DNA from: Malacoraja senta
Lineage: Eukaryota
Direction of reading: 5' to 3'
Assembly: GCA_038087875.1 (NCBI GenBank)
Contig: CM075994.1
Location: forward strand, 434,001-498,000
Length of the DNA stretch: 64,000 bases
The notes below the pieces were generated by a model. It saw nothing but the letters and a program-made list of their open reading frames with translations. It searched no databases and was not told the DNA's origin. This document shows positions 37,656-51,239 of the stretch, piece after piece; within the stretch, counting starts at the first letter, position 1, and every line of letters begins with the position of its first letter. A program made the position numbers and the translations under genes.

Positions 37656-40468
37656 TAAGGTTAGCTTATCTTTAGAATGTGATTAGCCACATAGCTAGGG
37701 AGGGTGTTCTTGTGACACAAAATGCTGGAGTAACTCAGCGGGACGGGCAGCATCTTTGGAGAGAAGGAATGTTTCAGGACGACGCATCTTCAGACTTCAA
37801 GGTCTGAAGAAGTGTATCATACCAAAACGTCATCCATTCCTTCTCTCCAAAGATGCTGCCTGTCCCTCTGAGTTACTCCAGCATTTTGGATTTGTATCTT
37901 TGGTTTAAACCAGCAACTGCAGTTCCTTCCAGCACATCTTGTAATCGAGAATTGACATTTCAATGTCACTTCACATCAATCCTGAAAACTAAACCCAACT
38001 CTTTGTGCCATGAATTGGGTGCTTGATACATGTTCCCGCATCAAAGGGGAAGCTGATAGAGTTGCTGCCTCACAGCCCACCAGGTCCATTCCTACCATAA
38101 GTCACGCATTAGTTCGACGTAATCTCACCCTCTCTTCCACTGCTTACACACCAGGAGCAATTTACAATGGCCAATCAATCTACAAACCCACGTCATTGGG
38201 ATGTGCGAGGGAACCAGAGCACCCGGAGGAAATCCACAGAGCGAACATGCAAACTCCACACAGACAGCCCCGAGGTCAGGATCAAACCCTGGTCTCTGGC
38301 GCTGAGAGGCAGTGGCTCGTCATTCATTTGAGATCATTAAGCAATTATTTTACCAGCTGCAACTGATAGGTGGGGCCCACGTCTTGCATGTCCAAATGAT
38401 AAGAACATTGCTGACAAAGGCAGCAATAAACTGGAAACTAAAATAAACAGTGGTGCAGCGTTAGAGTTGCTGCCTTACAGCACTTTCAGTGCCAGAGACC
38501 CGTGTTCCATCCTGACCTCAGGTGCTGTCTGTGTGGAGTTTGCACGTTCGCCCTGTGGGATTCCTCCGGGAGCTCCAGTTTCCTCCCACATCCCAATGAC
38601 TTGCGGGTTTATAGATTGATTGGCCATTTTCTTCTTGTCGAGTCCACACACAAGATTAGAAGTTGTTCAGCTGAACACACTTCTCAGCATCTGCATACAA
38701 TGGTGTCTGTCTCGTGCTTCTTGTGCGTGGTGGTGGAAAGATTGGTGGAAACAGGGCCGTGACGTGAAAGCCTGGTAAATTGCTCCTGGCCGTGACGATT
38801 GGCCTTGTAAATTGCTCCTGTTGAGTAAACAGTGGATGAGCGGGTGAGATTACATAGAACTAGTGGGTGACCTATGGCAGGAATGGACCTGGTGGGCTGA
38901 AGGGCCTGTTTCCTGACGGTATTTCTAAACTAAACAAAAGTTGGCAACAACTCCAAAAAATATTTTAGTTTTGTTTAGTTTAGAGATACAGAGCAAAAAC
39001 AGGCCCTTTGGCCCACCACGTCCGCGCCGACCAGCGATCCCCGCATATTAACACTATCCTTCACAGTTTACAAATGTATCCAGTCCACCGTTTTGTTCCT
39101 TATTGTAATTAGTGCATCTGATTAAATGTGGTCTACATTCATAGAACACCAATTATCTGTACGTCTTTGGAGTGCAGGAGGAAACCAAAGATCTCGGAGA
39201 AAACCCACACCGGTCACGGGGAGAATGGACAAACTCTGTACAGACAGCACCCATAGTCGGGATCGAACCCGGGTCTCTGGGGCCGAAAGCACTGTAAGGC
39301 AGCAACTCTACCGCTGCGACACCGTACATTTTCTGTTTCCAGTTTATTGCTGCATTTTATCAGCAGTTTTCTTATTATTAGACATGCAAAACATGGGGCC
39401 ATGTATCAGTTGCAGCTGGTAAAATATTTACTTAATTAATTCAAACGAATGTCGAGACGCTGTCTCTCAGCGCCAGAGACTGGTGGTGCAGAGGTTGAGC
39501 TGCTTGTCTTTCTGCACCTGGGTTCGAACCTGACTAGGGTCCTTGTCTGTACGGAGTTTGTCCCGTGAACTTCCAGGGTTTTCTCCGAGATCATTGGTTT
39601 CCTCCCACACTCCAAAGACGTACAGGTTTGTAGGTTAAGTGGCCTGGTAAAATTGTATATTGTCCCTGGTGTGTGTAAGATAATGTTACTGTGCGCAGAT
39701 CGCTGGTTGGCGTGGACTGGGTGGGCCGAAGGGCCTGTTTCCACGCTGTATTTCTAAACTAAACTAAACTAAAACCAACTAGTGTGAGTGGGTGATCGGT
39801 GATCGGCGTGGACTTGGTTGGCCGAAGGGTTTGGTCCCATCCATCTAAACTAACGATCCTTCCTTATAAGCCCTTCGTTCCCACACACACCTAGCTACTT
39901 CCCCACTCACTCCATCTTCCCATCACCTACACATTCCTCCCATTTGGAACTCCCCTCCCACTGTTTCTATCTACCCACCTCACCTCCCTCATTTGGTTCA
40001 TAAGTTCACAAGTGATAGGAGCAGGATTAGGCTATTTGGCCCATCAAGTCTACAAGGTCATTCAATCATGGCTGATCTATCTCCCCCTCCTAACCCCATT
40101 CTCCTGCCTTCTGCCCACAACCCCTGACGCACGTACTAATCAAGAATCTATCAATCTCTGCCTTAAAAATATCCATCGACGTCCTCCACAGCCTTCTGTG
40201 GCAATTAATTCTACAGATTCACCACCATCCGAGTAAAGAAATTCTTCCTCATCTCCTTCCTAAAAGAACGTCCTTTAATTCTGAGGCTACGTCCTCTGGT
40301 CCTATTCTTTCCCACTACAGGAAACATCCTCTCCAAATCCACACTATCCAGGCCTTTCATTATTCGATAAATTTCAATGAGGTCCCTCCCTTATCCTTCT
40401 AAATTTCTGGTCCCATACTCTACTTATTTTTCCCATCTTCTTTAGTCAGCGGATGATGAATCAGTTGA

Positions 40469-43400
40469 ATTTTACTTCGGAGTCACGTGAGTGACTACGT
40501 GAAGAACCCCGTCAGGGCGCATGCGCGTCATTACGTCGGACGCATTGGCGACAACGGCAGCGGGAGCTCGGAGCTCCTTCTGCAACGTGAGTAAATACAG
40601 CTCCACCAAAGTCGGGGAGACTTTGGAGGAGTTAGGAAAAAGTAAATAAATTGTTTCTGCTGGGTTTTTTTCCCCATAGACAGGAACAAGTAAAAGGTGC
40701 AGGCTGCTGCCGACAAGGAGAGAGAGAGCTGCGGGACGCAGTCTCTGAAAGGCAGCCTGTCACCTCGGGGGAGTCGCAAGCCGGTAGCGGTGCGGCGACA
40801 GACTTGGCAAAGTGCCCAGCCGGGTACACAGCCAACGCCAGTCGGGTGGTCGGCATACGCCAAGTCTGTCAGGGCTATAGACTCCGTAGAGTCGGGCCAC
40901 GAGAGTCCCGTCGGGGACAGGATACCGTTCCCCAGCGGTTATCCAAAAGGAGCAGCTCATATAGGGGCTGCTCCACAGAGACGCTCCAGGAGGAGTAGTG
41001 CAGGTGGGAAGCCATAGAGAAGGCTCCACTGGCAGTGCCTAGGAGAGGTTCTGTTTCATAAAGCCACACTCCAGGAGGAGTAGTGCAGGCGGGAAGCCTT
41101 AGGGAAGGCTCCGCTGGCAGTGCCTAGGAGCGGCCTGCTTCATAAAGCCATACTCCAGGAGGAGTTGTGCAGGCGGGAGGCCGTGGGGACGGCTCCGCTG
41201 GCAGTGCCTAGTAGAGGCCTGCTTGAAAGCACCCTCTTTGCAAGAGGTGAGTGCAGAAGGGCAGATACGCTCTGACCCTGAGTCCGACGACATCCAAAGG
41301 GAGGGCAGGCAGCTGCCAGAGCTGACACCGTGTGCAGCACGGTTTGCCATGTCGTCGGATGCTGGTGAGCCTCTGGGTGAGGAACTTGCCACCAGCATAA
41401 ATTACCAAGTCTCACATCAGCTACAGGAGCTGACAATGGATGAGACAGTAACGAAGTATGAAGCCCCAATCAACTGAGGAGAGTTAAAAGTTCCTGTTGG
41501 GAACAGGAAGAATTGGGGCAAGATGGGCATACTAATGAAAGCCCAGGAGCATGTGAAGCTCCAGCATATTTTAAAGTTGCTGGCATCTGGTATAACGAGC
41601 TTTGCCAGGATGGTGGATGGAGAGGCCATGACAAATTACAACAAAAGGCGCTATTGTGGAGTGCCCACTTTGAGATCAACTGCCTCCGCAAGATGCGATT
41701 AGACCAACCAGCAATGATAAATATGCTTCACTCTGCCAGCCTGGCACAGTGCAACCGGCACAGCTGTTTGGCGAGGATTTCGCACAGCAGGTGAAGGAGC
41801 TGGAGGAGGAGGCTAAGAAGCCAGCCACATATTCACCAAAGCGGAAGTATCCCTATAAGGGAGCAGACTGGTCCGGGCAAGGGACGAGTCCAGCTACGAT
41901 GCAGCGCAGTTGGCGTTCGGCTGTAGCACCGCCACAGAGGTGAGATATCCAGCTCAAGGCCGGGGAAGAATGCCAGGTGGTAAGGAGGTAAGAGGGTCTG
42001 GTTCTCATGTAGACAGATCTAATGTGATACAATTAAATGTTTACCTCAGATATGTTTATACTGAAGGTTATTCAAGGGCATCGAATAAAGCTTAAATGCA
42101 AATTCTGATTTACCTATGCAACATGTTCCAAAAAAGGAGTTTGACTTCAGTATCACTGAATAATTGGAAGTTCAGCTGGAACTTGCAACCTTATGTAATA
42201 AAGGTGTAATTGCTAAGGCAGTTTACCAAAGCCATCAGGTTGTGTCCAATATCTTTCCCAGACCAAAAAAGGATGGGGGGAAGCAGAATTATACAGACCT
42301 GAATAGGCTTAACCCTTTTGTACGGTATAGACATTTTAAGATGGAAACGTTTGTGAAGGAGATCTTAAAGATGCAGATTCAGTGTCTGTTCATTTGCAGG
42401 ATAGATTTAAAATTCAGCTGGATGGGAATTATGCCAATACAATCCACTGCCTAATGGTTTGTCTTCAGCTCCTAGAGGGATTACAAAGTTGTTAAAACCT
42501 ATTCTAGGCATGAAGAGGTCAAGGTCATGTGATCATGGTTTAGCTAGATAATATCTTGATTGTAGGACAATCAAAGGAAACAGCTGAAGCATCAGTGGCA
42601 GTTGGTAAAAACCAATTTTTAATTGGGCTTTATAAGCTAGTCTGAGGAATCTAAATTTATACCTGTGACACAAATTGACTAGTTGGGTTCACAATGGACT
42701 TAATCAACATCATTGTGACCTTGCCCAGGCAAAAAAGGGTACAGCTAATTAAGAGCTATATCAAGTTAATTGCTAACACACAGCCTTCAATTAGCCAGGT
42801 GACAAGACTGCTGTGGTAATGGCTGGCAGCATTTCCAGCAGTTCAATATGGCCACTTTATTATCTACAATTACAAAGGTCAAAGGAACAAGCATTGAGGA
42901 TACATTGGGGTCATTATAATAGACCTATGCTTCTATCAATAGAGGCTGTTGCTGATGTACAATGGTGGATTCAGCATGTGTCCACTAGTAGTTCCAAAGT
43001 GTTATTGGACCAAGCTTCCATGATTTGCAGACAGATGTCAGAGCACTTCGGTAGGGTGCTACTGATACAAGATCCAGCGGTGGAGACAGATGAACATTGC
43101 TTCTGCATACATGGGGAATTAACCAAGAGTATTTTATGGACTCAAGGCTTATGGCACTAACTAAACTAGTTTGCATGTGCAGTGCAAAATAGACAACACT
43201 GCAGCAGTTGCTGATATGAATCACATGGGTGGAATCAAATCGTTATCATGTGACAGGTTGGCAAATACAATTGGACCTGGAGTAGGGATAAAGAGATTTG
43301 GATTGGAGCTATCTATCTGCCAGGGAAACTTAATGTAGTACCAGATGGCAGCTCATGAAAATTCCATCATAACACAGAGTGGATGTGGAACCAGGATGTG

Positions 43401-45284
43401 TTCAAGAACATAGTACTTCTATATGGAAGGCCAAAATATGTTTCATAGGCACCAGATCCAGGGGCAGTGGCAATTGATGCTTTTTCACTAAATTGGGATG
43501 ATATGTTTGTGTACATTTTCCCACCATTCTGCCTCGTAGGTCGGTGTTTGAGAAAATCAAGCAGGATGCCGCTTCAGGGGTTTTGGTGATACCAAATTGC
43601 CTGATTCAACCATGGTTCCCTTTGATGTTACAGATAGCGATCCAACCTCTTTTTGCTGATTCCAAACAGTAGGAATTTGCTGGAGCATCCAGTAACACAT
43701 TAAGTTCATCCGTTATGTGACGGTATGGATCTGTTAGTTTGCAGGTTTCAAGAATGCCTTACATTGGTCGAGGACTTTCTATGCCAACGGTGTATATACT
43801 CGTTGCAGTCTGGAGAAAGAGTACTCAAAAACAGTATATGACTTATGAAAAAAAAAAAAAAAAAAGGAACAATATTGTGTTCAAAAGAATATTCAATATG
43901 ATACTGTAGTTATTGAAAATATGTTGGAGTTTATCTACACTTTATTATGATGAAGGTCTTAGCTATACTGCTATCAATACAGCTAGAAGTGCTTTGTCCG
44001 CATATCTTGTAATAGGTACACGGACACAAAGTATAGGTTCCCACCCTCTCATATCTAGGTTGATGAAAGGAATCTAATTCCAAACCGCCTAAGCCTAGGT
44101 ATATGGTAATCTGCGAGGTAAGCGTTGTTCGTAACATACTTCGTCATTGGGTCCCTGTCACGGCTATAACTTTGTTAAAATTAACCATGAAATTGGCTAT
44201 GCTAATGGCATTGGTGTCAGTACAGAGAGTGCAGACTTTCCAAAAAACTTCAGTTCGAGAGAATGGAAGTGAATACAGAGAATGTTCTGTTTTATATTTC
44301 TGACCTGCTCAAACAAAGCAGGCCAGGTGTGACAGGTTTTAAGATTGTGTTCTCAGCATATCCTACAGCTCCATGTTTATGTGTAAGGACACATTTGTTA
44401 CATTACATTGAAGCCACAAGGGCTTTAAGACAAGAAGAAACAGGATTATTTGTCAGTTACAAAAAGCCAACATAAAAGAGTGGCAGTTCAGACTATCTCA
44501 AGGTGGTTAAAGCAAGAGTTGGTTCAGGCAGGAATTAACATTTATGTGTTTACATCTCATTCCACTAGTGCAGTAGCAACATCCGCGGCCAGGGCGATGG
44601 ACGTTCCCATCGACCATATATTAAAAGCCGCAGGTTGGAAAAATGAACTTGTGTTTCAGCAATACTACCATCGGCCGATTGCCGATGGAGGGCTGTTTGC
44701 TGACTCAATATTGAGTGCTGTTGCTATTGTTTAAAGTCTGTTTTCAATACTGTTTCATTCTGTTTCGTTTGTTGCCCTACATTAAGAGGGTTTATTGGTT
44801 GTTTTATGACCAAAAATAAAACTGTTTTGTTTTTGCATGATATGCAATGCCATGTTTACAGCATTATTGATGATACTCAGTCAATCGATGCAGTGAGAAG
44901 CCGGGATTTTGATCTGCGGCATAAAAATCACAGAGCTTTAAAATCTTCACGTAGTCACTCACGTGACTCCGAAGTAAAATAGTAAGATTAAACGAGAACT
45001 TACCAGTTTGAAGTTTGATCTTTATTTTATGAGGAGTTACGTTGGTGATTACGTGCCCGCCACGCCCAACCCTCTCTCATAGAAAAAAGGTAATAATGGT
45101 AGTTCTCATGTTGATCATCTTAATATGTTACTTCAATTATGGTTTTGTCTGTGATTTTATACCGCTGCTATGAAGATTGACGCGCATGCGCCCTGATGGG
45201 GTTCTTCACGTAATCACCAACGTAACTCCTCATAAAATAAAGATCAAACTTCAAACTGGTAAGTTCTCGTTTAATCTTACTATT
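40469..45284 (+). mobile_element. DIRS1-type tyrosine-recombinase retrotransposon; structure complete, ORFs decayed
   Basis: ITRs at ~40496-40531 and ~45178-45212, and an ICR at 44945-45055 complementary to both termini. Coding remnants: gag, RT (FPRPKKDGG, LPNGLSSAPR), RNase H (IDNTAAVADMNHMGG), MT (DAFSLNW..YIFPPF) and YR (HSTSAVATS, AAGW, FQQYY). Confidence 0.95.
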
Positions 45285-45879
45285 CTTTGCCACAGAAGGC
45301 TGTGGAGGCCAAGTCTGTGGATATTGTTAAGGCAGAGATAAATAGATTCTTATTAGTATGGGTGTCAGTGGATAATGGGGAGAAGGCAGGAGAATGCGGT
45401 TGGGAGGGAGGAAGAGGTAGATCAGCCATGATTAAATGGTGGAGTAGACTTGATGGGCTGAATGACCTATTCTACTCCTATTGCTATGAGCTAATGACCT
45501 TATCAAATCCCATCATCTGCAGCCCCTGGTTACCTCCAATAATCACGTCCCGGCCTGCTCGCTATCTCCAACCCTCTTTACCCCAGCTGACCATGCGCAG
45601 AACCACCCTTCATTGTCTGGAACCACCTATCACTTTTGCCCCCACAACTCTCACCCTTTTTCACCGGCTTTCTTCTGTACTAGTTTAAATATAAGGGGTA
45701 GGCCATTTAGCACTGGGATCAGGTAAAACTTTTTCACCCAGAGAGTTGAGAATCTGTAGAATTCTCTGCCACAGAAGGCAGTGGAGGCCAATTCACTGGA
45801 TGTTTTCAAGAGTGAGTTAGATATGGCGCTTAGGGCTAATGGAATCAAGGGATATGAGGAGAAAGCAGGAACCAGAATC

Positions 45880-47724
45880 AGTAAATCCAAAGGGTTTCTA
45901 CAGCTATATTAATAGCAAAAGGATAACGAGGGATAAAATTGGTCATTAGAGAGTCAGAGTGGACAGCTATCTGCAGAGCCAAAAGAGATGGGGGAGATAT
46001 TGAACAATTTCTTTTCTTCGGTATCCACCAAGGAGAAGGATATTGAATTATGTGAGGTAAGGGAAACAAGTAGAGTAGCTATGGAAACTATGAGATTCAA
46101 AGAAGAGGAAGTACTGACAATTTTGAGAAATATAAAAGTGGATAAGTCTCCAGGTCCAGACAGGATATTCCCTAGGACATTGAGGGAAGTTAGTGTAGAA
46201 ATAGCAGGGGCTATGACAGAAATATTTCAAATGTCATTGGAAACGGCAATAGTGCCGGAGGATTGGCGTACTGCGCATGTTGTTCCATTGTTTAAAAAGG
46301 GGTCTAAGAGTAAACCTAGCAATTATAGACCTGTTAGTTTGACGTCAGTGGTGGGCAAATTAATGGAAAGGATACTTAGAGATAATATATATAAGCATCT
46401 GGATAAACAGGGGCTGATTAGGAACAGTCAACATGGATTTGTGCCTGGAAGGTCATGTTTGACTAATCTTCTTGAATTTTTTGAAGAGGTTACTCGGGAA
46501 ATTGATGAGGGTAAAGCCGTGGATGTTGTATATATGGACTTCAGTAAGGCCTTTGACAAGGTTCCTCACGGAAGGTTGGTTAAGAAGGTTCAATGGTTGG
46601 GTATTAATGGTGGAGTAGCAAGATGGATTCAACAGTGGCTGAATGGGAGATGCCAGAGAGTAATGGTGGATGGTTGTTTGTCAGGTTGGAGGCCAGTGAC
46701 TAGTGGGGTGCCACAGGGATCTGTGTTGGGTCCACTGTTGTTTGTCATGTACATCAATGATCTGGATGATGGTGTGGTAAATTGGATTAGTAAGTATGCA
46801 GATGATACTAAGATAGGTGGGGCTGTGGATAATGAAGTAGATTTTCAAAGTCTACAGAGAGATTTATGCTGGTTGGAAGAGTGGCCTGAAAGATGGCAGA
46901 TGGAGTTTAATGCTGATAAGTGTGAGGTGCTACATCTTGGCAGGACAAATCAAAATAGGACGTAGATGGTAAATGGTAGGGAATTGAAGAATGCAGGTGA
47001 ACAGAGGGATCTTGGAATAACTGTGCACAGTTCCCTGAAAGTGGAATCTCATGTAGATAGGGTGGTAAAGAAAGCTTTTGGTGTGCTGGCTTTTATAAAT
47101 CAGAGCATTGAGTATAGAAGTTGGGATGTAATGTTAAAATTGTACAAGGCATTGGTGAGGCCAATTCTGGAGTATGGTGTACAATTTTGGTCGCCTAATT
47201 ATAGGAAGGATGTCAACAAAATAGAGAGTACAGAGGAGATTTACTAGAATGTTGCCTGGGTTTCAGCAACTAAGTTACAGAGAAAGGTTGAACAAGTTAG
47301 GGCTTTATTCTTTGGAGCGCAGAAGGTTAAGGGGGGACTTGATAGAGGTCTTTAAAATGATGAGAGGGATAGACAGAGTTGACGTGGATAAGCTTTTCCC
47401 ACTGAGAGTAGGGAAGATTCAAACAAGGGGACATGACTTGAGAATTAAGGGACAGAAGTTTAGGGGTAACATGAGGGGGAACTTCTTTACTCAGAGAGTG
47501 GTGGCTGTGTGGAATGAGCTTCCAGTGAAGGTGGTGGAGGCAGGTTCATTTTTATCATTTAAAAATAAATTGGATAGTTATATGGACGGGAAAGGAATGG
47601 AGGGTTATGGTCTGAGCGCAGGTATATGGGACTAGTGGAGAATACGTGTTCGGCACGGACTAGAAGGGTCGAGATGGCCTGTTTCCGTGCTGTAATTGTT
47701 ATATGGTTATATGGTTATATGGTT
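45880..47724 (+). mobile_element. Young 5'-truncated CR1 LINE nested in an older CR1 3' end (45684-45880, resuming at 47725)
   Basis: ORFs 45988..46965, 46966..47247 and 47249..47635 form the RT, with one stop and one frameshift; (ATATGGTT)n tail. Confidence 0.95.
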
Positions 47725-49164
47725 ATCATATTGAATGACAGCGCTGGCTCGAAGGGCCGAATGGCCTACTCCTGCTCCTATTTTCCATGTTTCTGTCTCC
47801 CTCTGCAATTCCGGTCCAGATACAGGGTCTTGACTTAAACATCAGCTGTCCATTCCCCTCCTCAGGTGCTGCCTGTGCTGCTAAGTTGCTCCAGCAGTTT
47901 GTTTCTCTTCTACATTCCAGCATCTGAAGTAGTGTCTCAACACAAAATTTCGCCCATTCCTTCTCTCCAGAGGTGCAGCCTGTCCCGCTGTGTTACTCCA
48001 GGATTTAGTGTCCATTTCCATAATCTGCAACATTTTGTACCCCCATTCTCTCCCTTGAACATTAGATCACCTTCCGTCACTGATCCAATGACTCTCAATG
48101 TGAACCCCAATCTCAGTGGACCTCCTTTTCCAGAACAAATTCCCATTTTAATCGGACGAATGTTGAATACGTACAATGAATCTAGGACTCTATGACTGTA
48201 GGTAGGAACATGGCAGGAGGGAATGAAAATATTAGGTCATCTGTTCAATAGAAAAGATTGAAGGCCAAATTATCTTTGAACTGAAGGAGAATGGGGTTGA
48301 GAGGGAGAGATAGATCAGCCATGACTGAATGGCGGAGTAGACTCGATGGGTTGAATGGCCTAATTCTGCTCGGAGAACTTATGAACATGACCTGTTTAGA
48401 GACCAAAATATGTCGGTGTTCTGGAGTTCTGTTCAGAGTGTTTCTCTGGATCATTGGAGGTTGAGGGGAGACCTGATAGAAGTATATAAAATTATCAGAG
48501 GCAAAGATAGGATAGAGAATCGCCCTTTTTCCCAGGGTAGAAATGTCAAAGACTAGAGGGAATAGTTTCAGTGTGAGGGGCAAAGTGGGTGGTGAATCTG
48601 TGGAATTCATTGCCACAAAGAGCTGTGGAGGCCAAGTCATCGGGTATTTTTAAGGTGGAGAATGACAGATTCATGATTAGTACGGGGGTCAGGGGTTATG
48701 GAGAGAAGGCAGGAGAATGGAGTTGAGATGTAAAGACAGATCAGCCATGATTGAATGGCGGAGTAGACTTGATGGGCCGAATGGCCTAATTCTGTTCCTA
48801 TCACTTATGAACTTATGAGCTGCCTGTACTGCTGAGTTACTCCAATCACTATTATCGAGTCGGGTTATATTTGTGCAGCTAATTTTATTGACTAGTATTT
48901 TATTTCTCACCAAGGATGGAGGGAGAGTGAAATGTCAAGTACTGCATCTCAGTTGCCTACAGCTCCACAGCTTTCCCCCACCCCCCACTGCAATTAATCT
49001 TTAATTAAAACAAAAACTTTACATGCAGTCATTGTAATCAGGACATGTCTTTTTCTTTTGTTGCACCAGCAGGTGAATAAGTGTTCGACAAGCTGTTACA
49101 AAGCCCCCAGACCATCATCGTCTATCACCCGGGATTGAGCTGACCATGAGGCCAGGTCACAGGG

Positions 49165-49625
49165 GAATGTTGCCAGGACTAGAGGGTCTGAGCTACAGCG
49201 AGAGGTTGAGTAGGCTGGGTCTCTATTCCTTGGAGCGCAGGATGATGCGGGGTGATCTTATAGAGGTGTATAAAATCATGAGAGGAATAGATCGGGTAGA
49301 TGCACGGAGTCTCGTGCCCAGAGTAGGGGAATCGAGGACCAGTGGACATAGGTTCAAGATGAAGGGGAAAAGAGTTAATAGGAATCTGAGGGGTACCCTT
49401 TTCCACAGACGGTGGTCGGTGTATGGAACAAGCTGCCAGAGGAGGTAGTTGCGGCTGGGAGTGGGACTATTCCAGTGTGTAGGAAACAGTTAGACAGGTA
49501 CATGAATAGGACAAGTTTGGAAGGATATAGACCAAGCACAGGCAGGCGGGACTAGGGCAGCTGAAACATATTGGCCGGTGTGGGCAAGTTGGGCCGAACG
49601 GCCTGTTTACACACTGTATCACTCT
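49165..49625 (+). mobile_element. CR1 3' fragment (duplicated at ~53605-54090)
   Basis: MLPGLEGLSYSERLSRLGLYSLERR. Confidence 0.8.
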
Positions 49626-50243
49626 GACTCAATGACACCCGTGGTCCTCCTCCCCCCCCCCCTTAGGCCCACTGATTCCACGTCGAACATGAGGCCAGAA
49701 TGATAACTGCAAACGGATGAACAGATGCAGTACAGTTATCGTTGCCGGGTTACGTACGGAGATGGCAATTTGTGCAAAGAGCAAGTAAATAAATAGCAAG
49801 ATGCACACAAAATTTCAGACTAACTCAGTTGGACATGCAGCATCTCTGAAGAGAAGGAATGGGTGACATTTTGGGTCGAGACCCTTCTTCAGACTGATGT
49901 CAGGGGAGAGGGAGATACAGAGATAAAGAAGTGTAAAGTATGATAATAGGACAAGGGGAATGGAGATCAAGGAAAATGTAGAATAGATCATTGTTAGCAG
50001 GGAGAAGATAAATAGCAACCCGTTCATGGCAACAGTGAACCATACACTCGCCTGGCCTTCCCTTGTACATTAGTGACAACAAGATCCCTCCAGAATCTTC
50101 TTTGTATTTCCTCATGAAGTAGAAGTGGAGGCCTTTCGATCCATCGAGCCTATACTGGCTCACAGGGCAGTCACAACTTTCACATCGCCTTGCATTGTTC
50201 TGTAATTAATTCTCTCTCACATGCCCTTAACTTTGTCCTGCCT

Positions 50244-51239
50244 ATCATATTTTTACAATAGTATATTAAATAGAGAATTACCCTCAACAGGGGCACTAAG
50301 AGAAGATTGGGAACATGAACTAATGATAAAGATCCCAAAATATAGATGGGAAAAGTAACTGATGAATACACATAATTGTTCCATTAATGCAAGACATAAT
50401 TTAATTGAATTTAAATTATTACATAGACTATATTATTCAAAAACGAGGTTGAATAAATTTTACCCAAATGTCTCTCCCAGATGCGATAAATGTTTGTTTC
50501 AAAATGCCAATATAACACATTCATTTGTAGGATGTACAAAGTTGAATACATTTTGGAGTGATATATTTGATATATTTACAAAGCTCTTCAAGTCAAGAAT
50601 AGAACCTAATATGGAATGGATTATATTTGGAATAATATTAGAAGATATCAATTTAAACAAAGACCAAAAAGTATTCTTTAATTATGGGTTAATAATTGGA
50701 AAGACATTGATACTTACATTTTGGAAAAATGCAGCTATACCAACTATTAAAATGTGGATTAGGAATATGACGGACATAGCACACCTTGAAGAAATGAGAC
50801 TCCGCCTAATGGATAAATATGACCAATTCTTAAGGAGTTGATCACCTTTCATCGACTTTTTGGAATCATGTGATGCAGCAGTACCGTAAAGATTACTGAT
50901 TTCAGGTCGGGTCGTGGATAGATTTACATCTCCAAACAAAGATTTGAAAATTTCTTTTTTAAGGGTCTTTTTCTACTATTTCTACTTTCTATTTTTTCTT
51001 TTCTTATATACGCACTTCACGTTTTTCTATTTTCTACTATTTATTTTTCCTCTTTCTTTTCTCTATTTTTTTTTCTTTATATATATTTTTTTTTACCTCC
51101 TTTTCAAAAACATAAAACTAGAGGTTGTACATAGAATGCATTACGTTATGACATAGTTGGCACCTAAAATTAGGTACCACTGTATTGTTTTGTATTGTAT
51201 TAACTTCTAATAAAATAAAAAAAATAAAAAAATAAATAA
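50244..51239 (+). mobile_element. 5'-truncated L1 with target-site duplication
   Basis: ORF 50362..50841 (FKLLHRLYYS, CDKC..H..C) and an A-rich tail. TSD AACTTTGTCCTGCCT on both sides; the empty site is at ~54519-54540. Confidence 0.92.

Noticed and set aside
49666..49755. Possible exon in duplicated block B
   Set aside because: Stops occur in all three + frames, and no convincing minus-strand product was found.
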